A stretch of DNA of 64,000 nucleotides from Mobula hypostoma (taxonomy: Eukaryota), in NCBI RefSeq assembly GCF_963921235.1, contig NC_086123.1, forward strand, positions 31,682,001 through 31,746,000. Direction: 5' to 3'. Of the stretch, positions 1 to 11,830 are shown one piece after another; position 1 is the stretch's first letter, and the number at the start of each line of letters is the position of its first letter. The position numbers and the translations under genes are program-made. The notes under the pieces are model-generated. The model was not told where the DNA came from and ran no database searches. It saw only the letters and a program-made list of their open reading frames with translations.

Positions 1-1395
1 TATTGCTTGGGCTACTTCCTTAAGCACTCTAGGATGCAGACCATCTGGCCCTGGGGATTTATCTGCCTTCAATCCCTTCAATTTACCTAACACCACTTCC
101 CTACTAACATGTATTTCGCTCAGTTCCTCCATCTCACTGGACCCTCTGTCCCCTACTATTTCTGGAAGATTATTTATGTCCTCCTTAGTGAAGACAGAAC
201 CAAAGTAATTATTCAATTGGTCCGCCATGTCCTTGCTCCTCATAATCGATTCACCTGTTTCTGTCTGTAGGGGACCTACATTTGTCTTTACCAGTCTTTT
301 CCTTTTTACATATCTATAAAAGCTTTTACAGTCAGTTTTTATGTTCCATGCCAGTTTTCTCTCATAATCTTTTTTCCCCTTCCTAATTAAGCCCTTTGTC
401 CTCCTCTGCTGAACTCTGAATTTCTCCCAGCCCTCAGGTGAGCCACTTTCTCTGGCTAATTTGTATGCTTCTTCTTTGGAATTGATACTATCCCTAATTT
501 CCCTTGTCAGCCACGGGTGCACTACCTTCCTTGATTTATTCTTTTGCCAAACTGGGATGAACAATTCATCCATGCAACCTTTAAATGCTTGCCATTGCAT
601 ATCCACCGTCAATCCTTTAAGTGTCATTTGCCATTCTATCTTAGCTAATTCACGTCTCATACTTTCAAAGTTACCCCTCTTTAAGTTCAGAACCTTTGTT
701 TCTGAATTAACTATGTCACTCTCCATCTTAATGAAGAATTCCACCATATTATGGTCACTCTTACCCAAGGGGCCTCTAACGACAAGATTGCTAATTAACC
801 CTTCCTCATTGCTCAAAACCCAGTCCAGAATAGCTTGCTCTCTAGTTGGTTCCTCGACATGTTGGTTCAAAAAACCATCCCTCATACATTCCAAGAAATC
901 CTCTTCCTCAGCACCTTTACCAATTTGGTTCACCCAATCTACATGTAGATTGAAGTCACCCATTATAACTGCTGTTCCTTTATTGCACACATTTCTAATT
1001 TCCTGTTTAAGACCATCTCCGACCTCACTACTACTGTTAGGTGGCCTGTACACAACTCCCACCAGCGTCTTCTGCCCCTTAGTGTTACGCAGCTCTACCC
1101 ATATCGATTCCACATCTTCCCGGCTTATGTCCTTCCTTTCTATTGTGTTAATCTCTTCTTTAACCAGCAACGCCATCCCACCTCCCCTTCCTTCATGTCT
1201 ATCCCTCCTGAATATTGCATATCCCTGAACGTTGAGCTCCCATCCTTGGTCACCCTGGAGCCATGTCTCTGTGATCCCAACTATATCATAATCATTAATA
1301 ACAATCTGCACTTTCAATTCATCCACCTTATTACGAATGCTCCTTGCATTGACACACAAAGCCTTCAGGCGCTCTTTTACAACTCTCTTAGCCCT
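1..1395 (-). mobile_element. CR1 LINE ORF2 (AP endonuclease and linker), running off the window start
   Basis: Minus-strand translation LCVNARSIRNKVDEL..VGITETWL..VGVVYRPP..IMGDFNL..LGKSDHN is a typical CR1 endonuclease. Frameshift near 1240. Confidence 0.92.
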
Positions 1396-2009
1396 TATAA
1401 AATTACGTATATACAAGCTATGAGAAGGTAATAATGAATAATACATACAAAATATTCCACAGTAGTTTAGACGGTAAATACTTGGAGCAAAAAATCCATG
1501 AAGACTGGAACCACCAAAGTTCAACCGGCGGTGTGTTAAGTTGTTGCTCAGTTTTTCCAGTGCCCACCCAGGTGTACGTTTCAGGAGGTGACGGCAATCA
1601 GTAACAGGAACTTTAACTTATCTTCCACTCCCTTACTCAGGGGAGCTAAAGCAAATAGGATCACTCTAGGTTTAATCAACTAGTTCATTACCAACCTAGC
1701 ACTTTCTGGTTTCTATTGTTTAACTACAGATTTATTTTATCGACTAAGCAAAGAAACAGCCACCTTGAGTAGAGATTGCAAACAGATAGAATTTGGCAAG
1801 TTGAAACTTCAATTTAATTCCCATCTCATAATTTCACTTTCACAAAATAATGATGGCAAGTTAAGTACAAAACCTCTTATGTACAAAGTGTAAATTAGGC
1901 ATAGGAGTAGGTCACACAGCCCTTAAACCTGCCCCACTGTTTAATAAGACCACGGCCAATCGAATGCAACTTGCTGCCTCCTCACGATACCCTTTCAGCC
2001 TCATCAATA

Positions 2010-2150
2010 ATCAGTTCTGAAAAAAGGCCTCGGCTAGAAACATTGACAAATTGTTCATTTCCATGGATGCTGCCTGACCTGTTGAGTTCCTCCAGCATTT
2101 TGCGTGTGTTGCTTTCAATTTCCAGCATCTGCAGAATTTCTTGTGTTTTT
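2010..2150 (+). mobile_element. Penelope-type terminal-repeat (pLTR)-derived short element, degenerate hammerhead
   Basis: Contains atgctgcctgacctgttgagttcctccagcattttg, shared with many copies in the window. Core degraded to ctgaaaaa...gaaacattgac. Confidence 0.7.
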
Positions 2151-2658
2151 TATTTATCCTTGCCTTCTAAATATTCAAAAAATCTGCTTCCAATGTCCTT
2201 TGAGGAAGGAGCGTCTAAAGCAGGGGTCGGCAACCTTTTTCCCTCTTGCGTATTAATGAGCAGACAGTGGGCCAGATAAATGTCATAAAAAACTTGAAAT
2301 ATGGGAATTATCCATTTAAATACATCTAGTTATGTTTTGCCTCAAATTAATGAATAACACATGCTAGAAAATCATTTGTGCTTAACCAAGGATGCCAATT
2401 AGTAATCGAAGAACTCAGATTAGTTGTAATTTATTTCAATCAAGGCATCTTTTGAATCTATTAAAAGGACACAAAGAATCTTTAAACATAAAATGTATGA
2501 ACATGATGCAATGAGTGGTGGTAACTTAAGTATAATAAAAAAGAAAACTTTAATGCGAACCATTGATAAATCAATGTGAAACTTGATGCTGTTTGTTGCG
2601 TGAAAGCTTCTCAATATTGGGTGTCAGATTTATTGGTGTCAAGAGCAAGACATTATCC

Positions 2659-2835
2659 CAGACATCCCACCCTGCAAAAACTCATTTCAGGGAGATAGCA
2701 CCACCATTTCAGGGAGTTAGCACCCCCGCCCCCCGCAACCCCATATCCCCCCGCCATCGACCTCCAAGGGCGCATGTATACGGGAAATTTGATTATGAAA
2801 GAACACAATTTATTTGACACATATTGAAACTATTT

Positions 2836-2882
<47 letters not shown>

Positions 2883-3843
2883 AATATATATATATATTCA
2901 TTCCTTATTGAGAATTTTGTTGGCAATCTCAATGCTAATGCAAATAGCTTTTCTATTTCTTTTGCAAACTTTCCTTGTACTATGATGTGGCTCTGCTGAA
3001 AAGAACTGTGAAATACTTGAGCAGCCTTCCCTGCGATTAGCCTCCCTAATATGTTGTGGTCCCTAAAAGAAATAAAAGCATAAGGTGTATCCTTATTATA
3101 TTGTCTTATGTAATACTTTGTTTAGTGATTCTGTCTAATCTGTAAACCAATCTGTAATCTGTAAACTGGGTATATGCAGAAAATGTGACATTAAAATATG
3201 TGCTTATATATTATCATGGAGTCGTTTTTTAATTCTATTACAACTTTAACCATGTCTACAGGGAGTTTGGCCTCATCACGTAGGACATCAATAGAGTAGC
3301 TCCTTAGCAGCTGGCCAGCTAGTTTAAATAACGTTAGCTATGCTAATGAATGAATGACACCTGTTAAACTCACCTCAACACGTCTTTTACAGTCATTTAA
3401 CCCACCATGGGCAATAGAAAAGTCACTGTTGCAAATAGCGCAGCGAGCAACACTATCATTATTTTTGACCCCTATTAGGCAGGGGTACACTTTAGTGTGG
3501 TCTGGGGTGAAGTGTGTTTTATATTTTCTTTTTTTGAAACACTTTGCCATGGCGGTGCAGGATACGAAACTGAACTGATGGAGAGACAGAGGTTGACTGT
3601 AAAGCCCGCCCACAGAGAAAACTGATAGGTCTACTTAGCACAAAGAGAGACCAATCAGGATGCTCGTTCTTGCTCCCGCTCTCGATCTCGCTCCCGCTGT
3701 CAATCTCACTCCCGCTCCGGTTCTCGCTCGCGCTCCCGCTCTCCCTCTCATTTCCGGGATATTATTTATAATTTGCAGGTGTCAGGGAGCTGCTACTAAT
3801 ATGCGGGAAACTCCTGGAACTTCCGGGAGAGGTGGGATGTCTG
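2659..3843 (-). mobile_element. Non-autonomous hAT-like element with BED-finger exon remnant, nested in the Charlie element
   Basis: 13-bp TIR cagacatcccacc / ggtgggatgtctg with 6-bp TSD ttatcc. Minus ORF MAKCFKKRKYKTHF..YPCLIGVKNNDSVARCAICNSDFSIAHGGLNDCKRRVE ends at a GAG|gtgagt donor. Confidence 0.85.
2836..2896. repeat. (CA)n-(TA)n compound microsatellite
   Basis: Directly visible, inside the nested hAT-like element. Confidence 0.95.
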
Positions 3844-6800
3844 TTATCCAGATGGGCATCAGTCAGTCTTGTTCTCAAATGGTTCTTGGTGTGCTTCATT
3901 TTTGAAAATCATTGCTCACACAGATAAGTGCTGCCAAACAATGATGCCATCTTTTTTGCATGGTCCACTAAGTTAGGATACTTCCCACTTGGATGAATAT
4001 AGCTGGCACGAGTATTTCCTTCATTTTCACTGCTTTTCTTGGCAAAAAATAGCATCTGTTTTCCGAAACTAGCCTTCTTTCGCTCAATTTCATTTTTCCT
4101 CGCTTGCCCAGTAAACTTGTTAAAATTTCCACTATGGCGGGTCTTGTAATGTCGCCTGATATTTGCCAACTTCTTCACGGCAACATTTTCTAGACACCAG
4201 TGTATACCAGTGTTTGGTTTGGAACAAAACAGAACCTGGGGCCAGTGTAACAAGACAACATGCATGTCCCATCAGTGTGGTCGCGTGACACACTCAGAAT
4301 AAGGAAAAATCACTCGCGGGCCGGATAAGCATAGTATCCCAATATTTGCTCGCGGGCTGGTCGAAATAGCTTCACGGGCCGGATCTGGCCCGCGGGCCAT
4401 AGGTTGCCTACCCCTGGTCCTAAGAATCAAAAGTTGCTCTATCTCATCTCTGCCACACACTCAACATTTTCGAAACAGCTTCTTCCGCTCTGCTATCAGA
4501 CTTCTGAACAGTTGTGAATATTACCACACTAATTTGCACTATTTATTTTTTAAATATATTCTTATTGCAACTTAAATCGGTAACCCCTTGTTTTTTTTTT
4601 AAAAACCAACAATCCTTATTTCTAAATTCTCCCACAAGAGGATATATAAAAAAAACTTAATACTTGTATATGTCCATCAAGTCCACATGCATACTCCTAA
4701 ATTCAGGAGATATAAGCAAGGTCTGCCCTATCTTCCCAATAATGCAACCTGGCCAGTCCAGGTATTAGTCCAGAAAACCTTCTTTGAACTAGTTCCAAAC
4801 GGTTCTTTAGGTGAGATTAATACTGAACACAGAAGTCTCATCAATGCCCTATATAATTGAAGCCAGCCAGCTCCCACTGCACAACACATTCCTCTGATAA
4901 TAAAGAATCATGGCCGGACTCCGAGAAATGATATTGATGACGATATTAACAATCACCTTACATGGACCAGCAGAACCTTTGGTCAAACAAGGAAAAAATA
5001 TGTTTGAAGATGCATGAACAGCACCGAGGTTAATTTGAATGATAAACCTACAGTAGATAGAAATTAAAGTGAGGGATATCATTTCCAAAACAATAGATAA
5101 CAAAACAATTAATCAGGATTTCAGCAGATGAGATGAACAGGTCAAATTTGACACTAATTTCCTACAGCTGCGAGGAGGAAGGACTGAGTGGTTGCTTGGA
5201 AGAGGAGTTTGCCATCAGGTCCTAAAGTAATGGGTTTATTCTTCTCAATATTTTCCAACAGTTTTATTCTCAATCGGTAATCTAAACCAGAGGAATTTCA
5301 CATTTGTCGGAGGAGCTGGTGGAGATCTCAATAAACTTATAAAAATTTGATTTTTGGATGATGTTACTGTAGATAAGTAGGAGTGAACCAAGAACAGTAC
5401 ATCTTTCAGTGACACCACAGGAGGAGACAGATATTACAGGTAGTTCTTTGTCTATGACTGAACAGATAATAGACAAACCAGGCAAGTACAGTTGTACTTA
5501 CACCTAGCTGAATAACAGTATCAACAAAATTCATATTTGAAAAACACCACCTGGCTTCAATATAAAATCTACCAGCTCATTTGATGGTTATTAAAATAAT
5601 TAGATTTGAGATTTATTTTCCTTAAATATTTGAGGTGACCCAGTAAGCCCTGGTCGTCTGTATTTCGAAAAGATTTGAGCTAACTGGAATAAACAAATAA
5701 TGCTGTCTCTTAAGGTTATCATAGCTTGTAGTATTAGATAACTTTAGAAAGGAAAGGGACATGCAGAAAGCAAACTTAAATAGTCGTTTAGTTCAAACAT
5801 TTATGCATTTTTGTGTTTGCCCTTACCTACAAAATCCTATTAAAAGGTTAATTAGAATCCTATTTAATGTACTGGCCTAAGAACGTAAAGTGACTAGTAT
5901 TGGTGACACTGCGATTCTGTATTGTCCCATTAAGACAACAGAAGAATTTAGCAGAATAGTTCTTCAAACTCCTAGCATCTTTGTACAAGTAATTAATGCA
6001 CAAAATACAAAAACTCATAATGTATGCAATATATTTATTACAGTCAGCTGATTTTTAAAATTTTGGGTACAACTACACTTCAGATCTGCTCACCTTCAAA
6101 TTCTCTATTTGAAAACACAAAATTGTGATCAGTTCTAGGATAACAGAGTAAAAATGAATACTAGTTAATTCTACTGAAATAAACTTGAGGAAATATTTAC
6201 CTCTGTTTGGGAACAGGAGGAAACTCCCAAGAGATTAGAATTGTTCTAACTGGGCTAAAAATGGCCAAGTGAAAAAAATATATAACATGGATTTTTAAAT
6301 TAAATAATGCATTTTATAGCAGTGTGAACAGAGCCTAATCAAGAATGCTATTTGGCAGGGTCAACAATTTTAAGGCAGCCTGAGAGGACCTCTAAGAAGT
6401 GAGCCTTACAAAAGTCTGAAAACTCACATTTTGGCACAAAATTTACCCACCCAGCACCAGCTGACAATGAAAGGACAATACCAAAAAAATTAGAAAGTGG
6501 TTAAATGTGAAATGAAATGTGATACAAACCAACAACAGCATGGAATCAAACAACGATATCTACAAAATTTTGAATTCTTAATTTTGCTTTGCCCCAGCAA
6601 ATTTATAAAACAAGCTAGATATTATTATCCTGGCACAATAACTTAGTATAATTTTAGACAAATTCTATAGAAAGTGTAGACTTATATTTGTTCACCAACA
6701 TAACACAGAACAGATATATTATTGGGTAAGTACATGGATGGGAGGAGTATGGAGGACTATGGCAGAGGTATGGTATGGTATATTGTGGCACTAAGCAGAA

Positions 6801-9429
6801 TAATAGTTTGACATGGACTTGATGGGCTGAAGGGCCAGTTTCTATACTGTAATGCTCTATAACTCTTTTTCTAAAAATACTTAAAAGCTAAAGTGAATCA
6901 CATGATTCTGATTCTGATGTACTTTCTATAATGTCTGACTTACTGAGTGCAATGCTAGGAGACACCAGTAAATACTCAGGGGTAGTTGGAAATAAAAATC
7001 TAAACAATTTTTGCATTTGAAACTTAGCCCTTTCTCTGCACCTAAGGATACACTCATTCTATTATATCATCTAAATATAGCTATTTTTTGGACAAGGATT
7101 GAAATTCTGACTGGAAGTGATTTTTTAAAAACTCTTAATATATCTTCACAAAATGAACAAAGGGAATACCAGACTACATCTTTATCATTTGCTCCACATG
7201 TTTTGTTTGTTTCATCTTCTTTTCTCTAATTATTTTTAATTTGATTGCAGTTACTGAGCTTGGATTTGTTTTGGGTGGACCAGCTGTTCCCAGATTTTTT
7301 TTTAATTGTTTCTGCTTGTAGGGGGAAGTAAACAATTCTCATGGGCTTGGGCTTTAACTAACTCCCACAATTCAGTAATCTACACCAAAATTAGACATTT
7401 TTATCTTTATTTGTAAAGCAACAGTGCTAGTACTTGGCAAAGACAGAATATACATCCAGTTAACATTGAAAACAATGCAATTTACCAAACCCACTGCTCA
7501 TGAATGGAAACGAGACTCATTTCTTCCAACTCAACATCACTCAATGCAATCAAGAAATGTCCATGTAGGTGAGCTTTAAATAGTTTTTTCCCTGATAAAT
7601 GTGATTGAAATATACTTAAAGATAGTATTTGTGAAATTATAGGTGCTACTAGTAAAATTGCAGTCTTGTTCTTAAAATTGGCATCCCTTTGAAATGCCAG
7701 TACTTAATGTTACCATCTGCTTTTTAATATAATTGCCATCATCATTACCTATTCCTCAAATATGAATATTTGCTCTTTCTAGCATAAACTTCTTTTATAC
7801 CATGCAACTCAAGGAATCACTGATATCACGGCAAGTTAATCTCATTCCACACATTGCAGGAATTTCCGCTCCTCCCCCACAGCAGTCTTTTCATCTGTAT
7901 TTAAGCCTTTATCTGGGATGCCTGTGCACTAATTCATGAGAAAAATCCTGATAGCTGGTTCACTATTTCGTTCAACTATCTGATCAATTCAATGCAAATA
8001 TTAAAACACTGAAAACAATAAAAATTATTTTTATCGCATTTCTGTATCTACTGATTAAAAACATTGTCAGTTCCTGAAAATATATTTCAAGTGACACACG
8101 AGCCAAGTTAGATACAAAATCACTAAATTGAAAACAATCTGTAAAGATTGAATAAAGAATGCTTAATCAGATTTAAAACAGTACATGGGAATAGTTACTT
8201 ATACCCAAGTATCTAAGCATTGATATATATACAGTGACAAAATGCAGTACACTTACCACTGAACAGCAATGAGATAGTACTGTACAACTGATTGACAGGA
8301 TTGCACAGTAAAATTTCAATCCAATTATCCAATATAAATTACTGACATGACTTGCATGTACGTCTCCAGCTTGGTTAGGCAACAGATGGGATCACTTGAG
8401 AAGTCCTAATTTAATCCTATTATTGATGTTACTCAGATGAGGATTTTGTTGGTGTGAGACCATCTGAAGTTCAGCCACCTCACAACCATTTACTAGAAAG
8501 AAATGCACTCAGACTCTCCTGCCTCAGTAATCATGCATAAAAATTATGTTAAATTACACCAGTAACATTAAGAACATCTGTGTGTCCCTCCAAAAGCCAA
8601 CAAATTTAAATTCCTCCGCACACCCCAAGTCGCAAGCTACAAGTACATGTGAAGAGTAGGCAATTTGAAAAATATTAGAGCAAAGCAACAAAACCAGTCC
8701 CCAGAAAGTAACATTTTCATTGAAAGAGACAAAAAAATAAAGAGGATATTTTTCCCAAAAGATGATGTCCATCTGGCTAGGTTTTAAGAGAAAAGAATGT
8801 GCTTGAAACTGGGAAAGGCTATAATTGGTAATTGCTTTTCACCATAGATGAATAAAATACAAATATAATTTCATTTTTCTGTATTCTTCATTATACATCT
8901 GCAACAACATTTAAGACTCATAAAACTAAAATTAACAATATCAGCCTTATCTGAACATGCCCCGCACAGTAACTAACTTGAAAATAATCCCTTCTTCCTG
9001 TGAGCTTCCTGTGTCCTTTAAACTACTAGACTGAAGTATTTCCTACCTTTATTTCAGATGTTCACTAATTGGCAGTATTATGCAATGTGTCTCTCAGCCC
9101 GCAATCCATCCCATCTGTGAGCTGTAGCAAGGAAAGCAGATGCAGGCAGGCAGGTACACCAAGACTGCTGCCAATTATGCTGACAGAGTATGAATGAGTC
9201 ACAGAACAGTCAGTGGGAAGAACAATGAGAAGCTCTGAAATCTAATACAATACAAAAGGAAGAGGAGGAGAGATGTCATCAGTGGGCCTGTGGGACAGCT
9301 ACACCCACAGTAAAACACAGAAAGAAGGGAAGAATAACCAGGAGTAAAGCCAAAAACGGACATTTTGAAAATAGCACAATTTGCATCCACTTTTATAACA
9401 TAGTTTATTTCAAGTTCTGTGAATGCTTT

Positions 9430-9770
9430 CTCACATTCAAAACTGGACATAAATTTATTATATATGTCACCATATACAACCCTGAAATTCATTTACTTGC
9501 AGGCATTCACAGTAAATTCAAGAAACACAATAGAATCAATGAAAGACCATAATGAACAGGACCAACAAACCATGTGTAAGACAACAAACTGCAACCACAA
9601 AAAGAAAAAAAATAATAATAAAACAAAATTAAGCAATAAGTATCGAGAACATGAGGTGAAGAGTCCTTGAAAGTGAGTCCATAGCTTATGGGAACAGTTC
9701 AGTGATGGGGCTAGTGAAGTTGAATGAAGTTAAAGAGCCTGATAGTTGAGGAGTAATAACTGTTCTACAC
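9430..9770 (-). mobile_element. Rex1/Babar-type LINE 3' tail fragment
   Basis: tttattatatatgtcaccatatacaaccctgaaattcatttacttgcaggcattcacag..., similar to the tails at about 32620 and 59390. Confidence 0.55.
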
Positions 9771-10293
9771 ATCTAGCAGGTAAATCACTTGCCCCATTCC
9801 AGTAATGAGTTAGTCAATGCTAGCCAAGGTACTACAATTGAATTTAGTAAAAGATTAAGGAGTCAGAAAGCAATTTGATGAGACATGCTGAAATATAATC
9901 ATTAAAATATCAGGAAAGAATATAGCTGGGTGAAACCTAGTAATAATATTAGCAAGAGACACCAATTTTATGCTATTTGGTTAGTGCTTGTAGTATACAG
10001 TAGTTATCTTTCACAAAACCACAACATTCATGCAGGTTATGAATTGGTACTCAATGAAAGGCGCATTCAAATAAGAGTTACACAAGTTTTGTAATTACAT
10101 GACTGAATATGTTATAAATTCCATATTATTTCAAGTTTACAAGCCTATCAACGGCAACAGGTAATGAAACAGACAAAATTTTAAGACGTTTTATTTGTCC
10201 AGAAGAAAAATAGCCTTGCTAATTCCGAAAGAATCGCTACTTCCTGTAGTTTTGGTTGAAATAAGAGATTTTGCCCAACAGACTTGAAATCAT

Positions 10294-10470
10294 AGCAACA
10301 CACACAAAATCAATCTACTCCTCAGTTTTTTTTCTCCAGTCCTGCTGAAGGGTTTCGGCCTGAAACGTCGACTACACTTTTTTCCATAGATGCTGCCTGG
10401 CCTGCTGAGTTCTTCTAGCATTTTGTGTGTGTTGCTTAGACTTCCAGAATCTGCAGATTTTCTCTTGTTT
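10294..10470 (+). mobile_element. Penelope pLTR-derived element with hammerhead motif carrying one core mutation
   Basis: agtc-ctgctga-agggtttcggcct-gaaacgtc-gact at 10338-10373. A 17-bp inverted repeat lies at 10294-10310/10420-10436. Confidence 0.8.
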
Positions 10471-11099
10471 GAAGCCTGAAATCACAGTCTTTTCCAAGTT
10501 TCCTGCATTGAGACTAACTGAACATTCTGAATGGGCTTCTGTTTTCCTGCCCTTGGTTCAATGCAGAGAAACAGTAGACAAGTATTTCAGCTTTGCCAAA
10601 GGAAGATCACGGAACAAAATTCATCCATTTGTTTATTTTTGCATATGACTGAATAAACATTCAACTTCCCATTCTTACATCACCCTTTCAGTTACAATGA
10701 TTGATTGATTGATTGACCAACCATCGTATCAACGATGACAGTTAGATTTGTGCAGTTTGTAGGTGGCCGCTGAGTCGAAGTTGTGAGCGACATAGAGACA
10801 TTCACAATAAGGACATGAAAACTGTGCTGGATCTGGAAGTGGAGCCACTGTTATTGATTTCCTTCTTTGTTGGGTACTGATTACCTACACGGAATATGAG
10901 ATGTTGCTCCTCCGCCCTGAGAGTGGCCTTGTTATTAGTTTTCCTACACTGAAGTAATACCTACGCTTTGAAAATATTCCATTGACCACAGAGCAAAACA
11001 AAGTTCTTACTTTCTTATTTTGTATGTATTATCGTTTTATTAGATCGTCATGCTTCTGCAAAACAACAAATTCCACGTCACAAGTCAGCGACAATATAT

Positions 11100-11540
11100 C
11101 TATTTATTCATTTGTATAGTACCGAATAGGTAGGCCCTTCTGTCCCTTCAATCCTTGCCACCTCAGCAACCCCCGACAACTTGATTTAACCCTATCCTAA
11201 CTATGGGACAATTTACAATGACTACTTAACCCACCCAGTCCTACTTGGGACTGTGGGAGGAAACAGAGCAGCTGAGGAAAACCCACGGGTTCCACAGGGA
11301 CACTGAAATCCAACACTCCAAGCTGGAATGGTGTCTCACTAACCGCTTCACTACTGTGACGCCCAATTAATTTAGTGACCAATTAACCTAATTAATTATT
11401 ATTAACCTACCGCCCTGTATGTTGTCGGAATGTGGAAGGAAACCCTTGGAGTCATAGGGAGAACGTACAAACCCTTACTGACAGAACCTGGGCCACTGGC
11501 ACTGTAAAGCTTTGTGCTAACCACTATGCTACTGTGCCAC
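11100..11540 (-). mobile_element. tRNA-derived V-SINE/HE1-like SINE copies (two tandem fragments)
   Basis: Reverse complement reads gtggcacagtagcatagtggttagcac (tRNA-like head) and ggttaagtagtcattgtaaattgtccc, with a CR1-like tail. Homologous to 30560-30840. Confidence 0.7.
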
Positions 11541-11830
11541 TGACGCAGAATAAATCTGATTCTGATAGATCTTAAAATAGTCACATTCTTTTTTTTAGGT
11601 TTTCAAATGTTTTTATTGTGAAGCAACATCAGCTTAACCACAACCGACAATGTCCTAAAGTACAACGCTTCTTTTTTCTTTTCTTTCTTATAACAACATA
11701 AGGATGTATAGTAAACAAGGAAAAAGCAAAGGAATCCCTACCACCCTGTCTCCTTTCCCCTTCCCAGCCCTTCCCTCCCCTCGCCCCTCCTGTATGTGCT
11801 GTTTAGGTCCTACCACCCCCCGCACTTAGT

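Larger units (their letters stand above)
2221..4416 (-). mobile_element. Internally deleted Charlie-type hAT DNA transposon
   Basis: TIRs caggggtcggcaacct (2221) and aggttgcctacccctg (ends 4416). The 8-bp flanks gtctaaag/gtcctaag match 6/8. Minus strand encodes GTF2IRD2/EPM2AIP1-like transposase pieces CLENVAVKKLANIRRHYKTRH..ASY and SLFGSTYLCEQ*FSKMKHTKNHLRTRLTDAHLD/NVLLL..KQHQVSH*. Confidence 0.9.
1895..4910 (-). mobile_element. Old, degraded CR1 3' remnant interrupted by younger insertions
   Basis: CR1 3'-tail-like text at 1900-1960 (ataggagtaggtcac...cctgccccactgtttaataag), with CR1-like pieces at 2160-2220 and about 4420-4910. Confidence 0.5.

Noticed and set aside
461-1228. 255-aa plus-strand ORF
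   Set aside because: It is the antisense shadow of the CR1 endonuclease on the minus strand.
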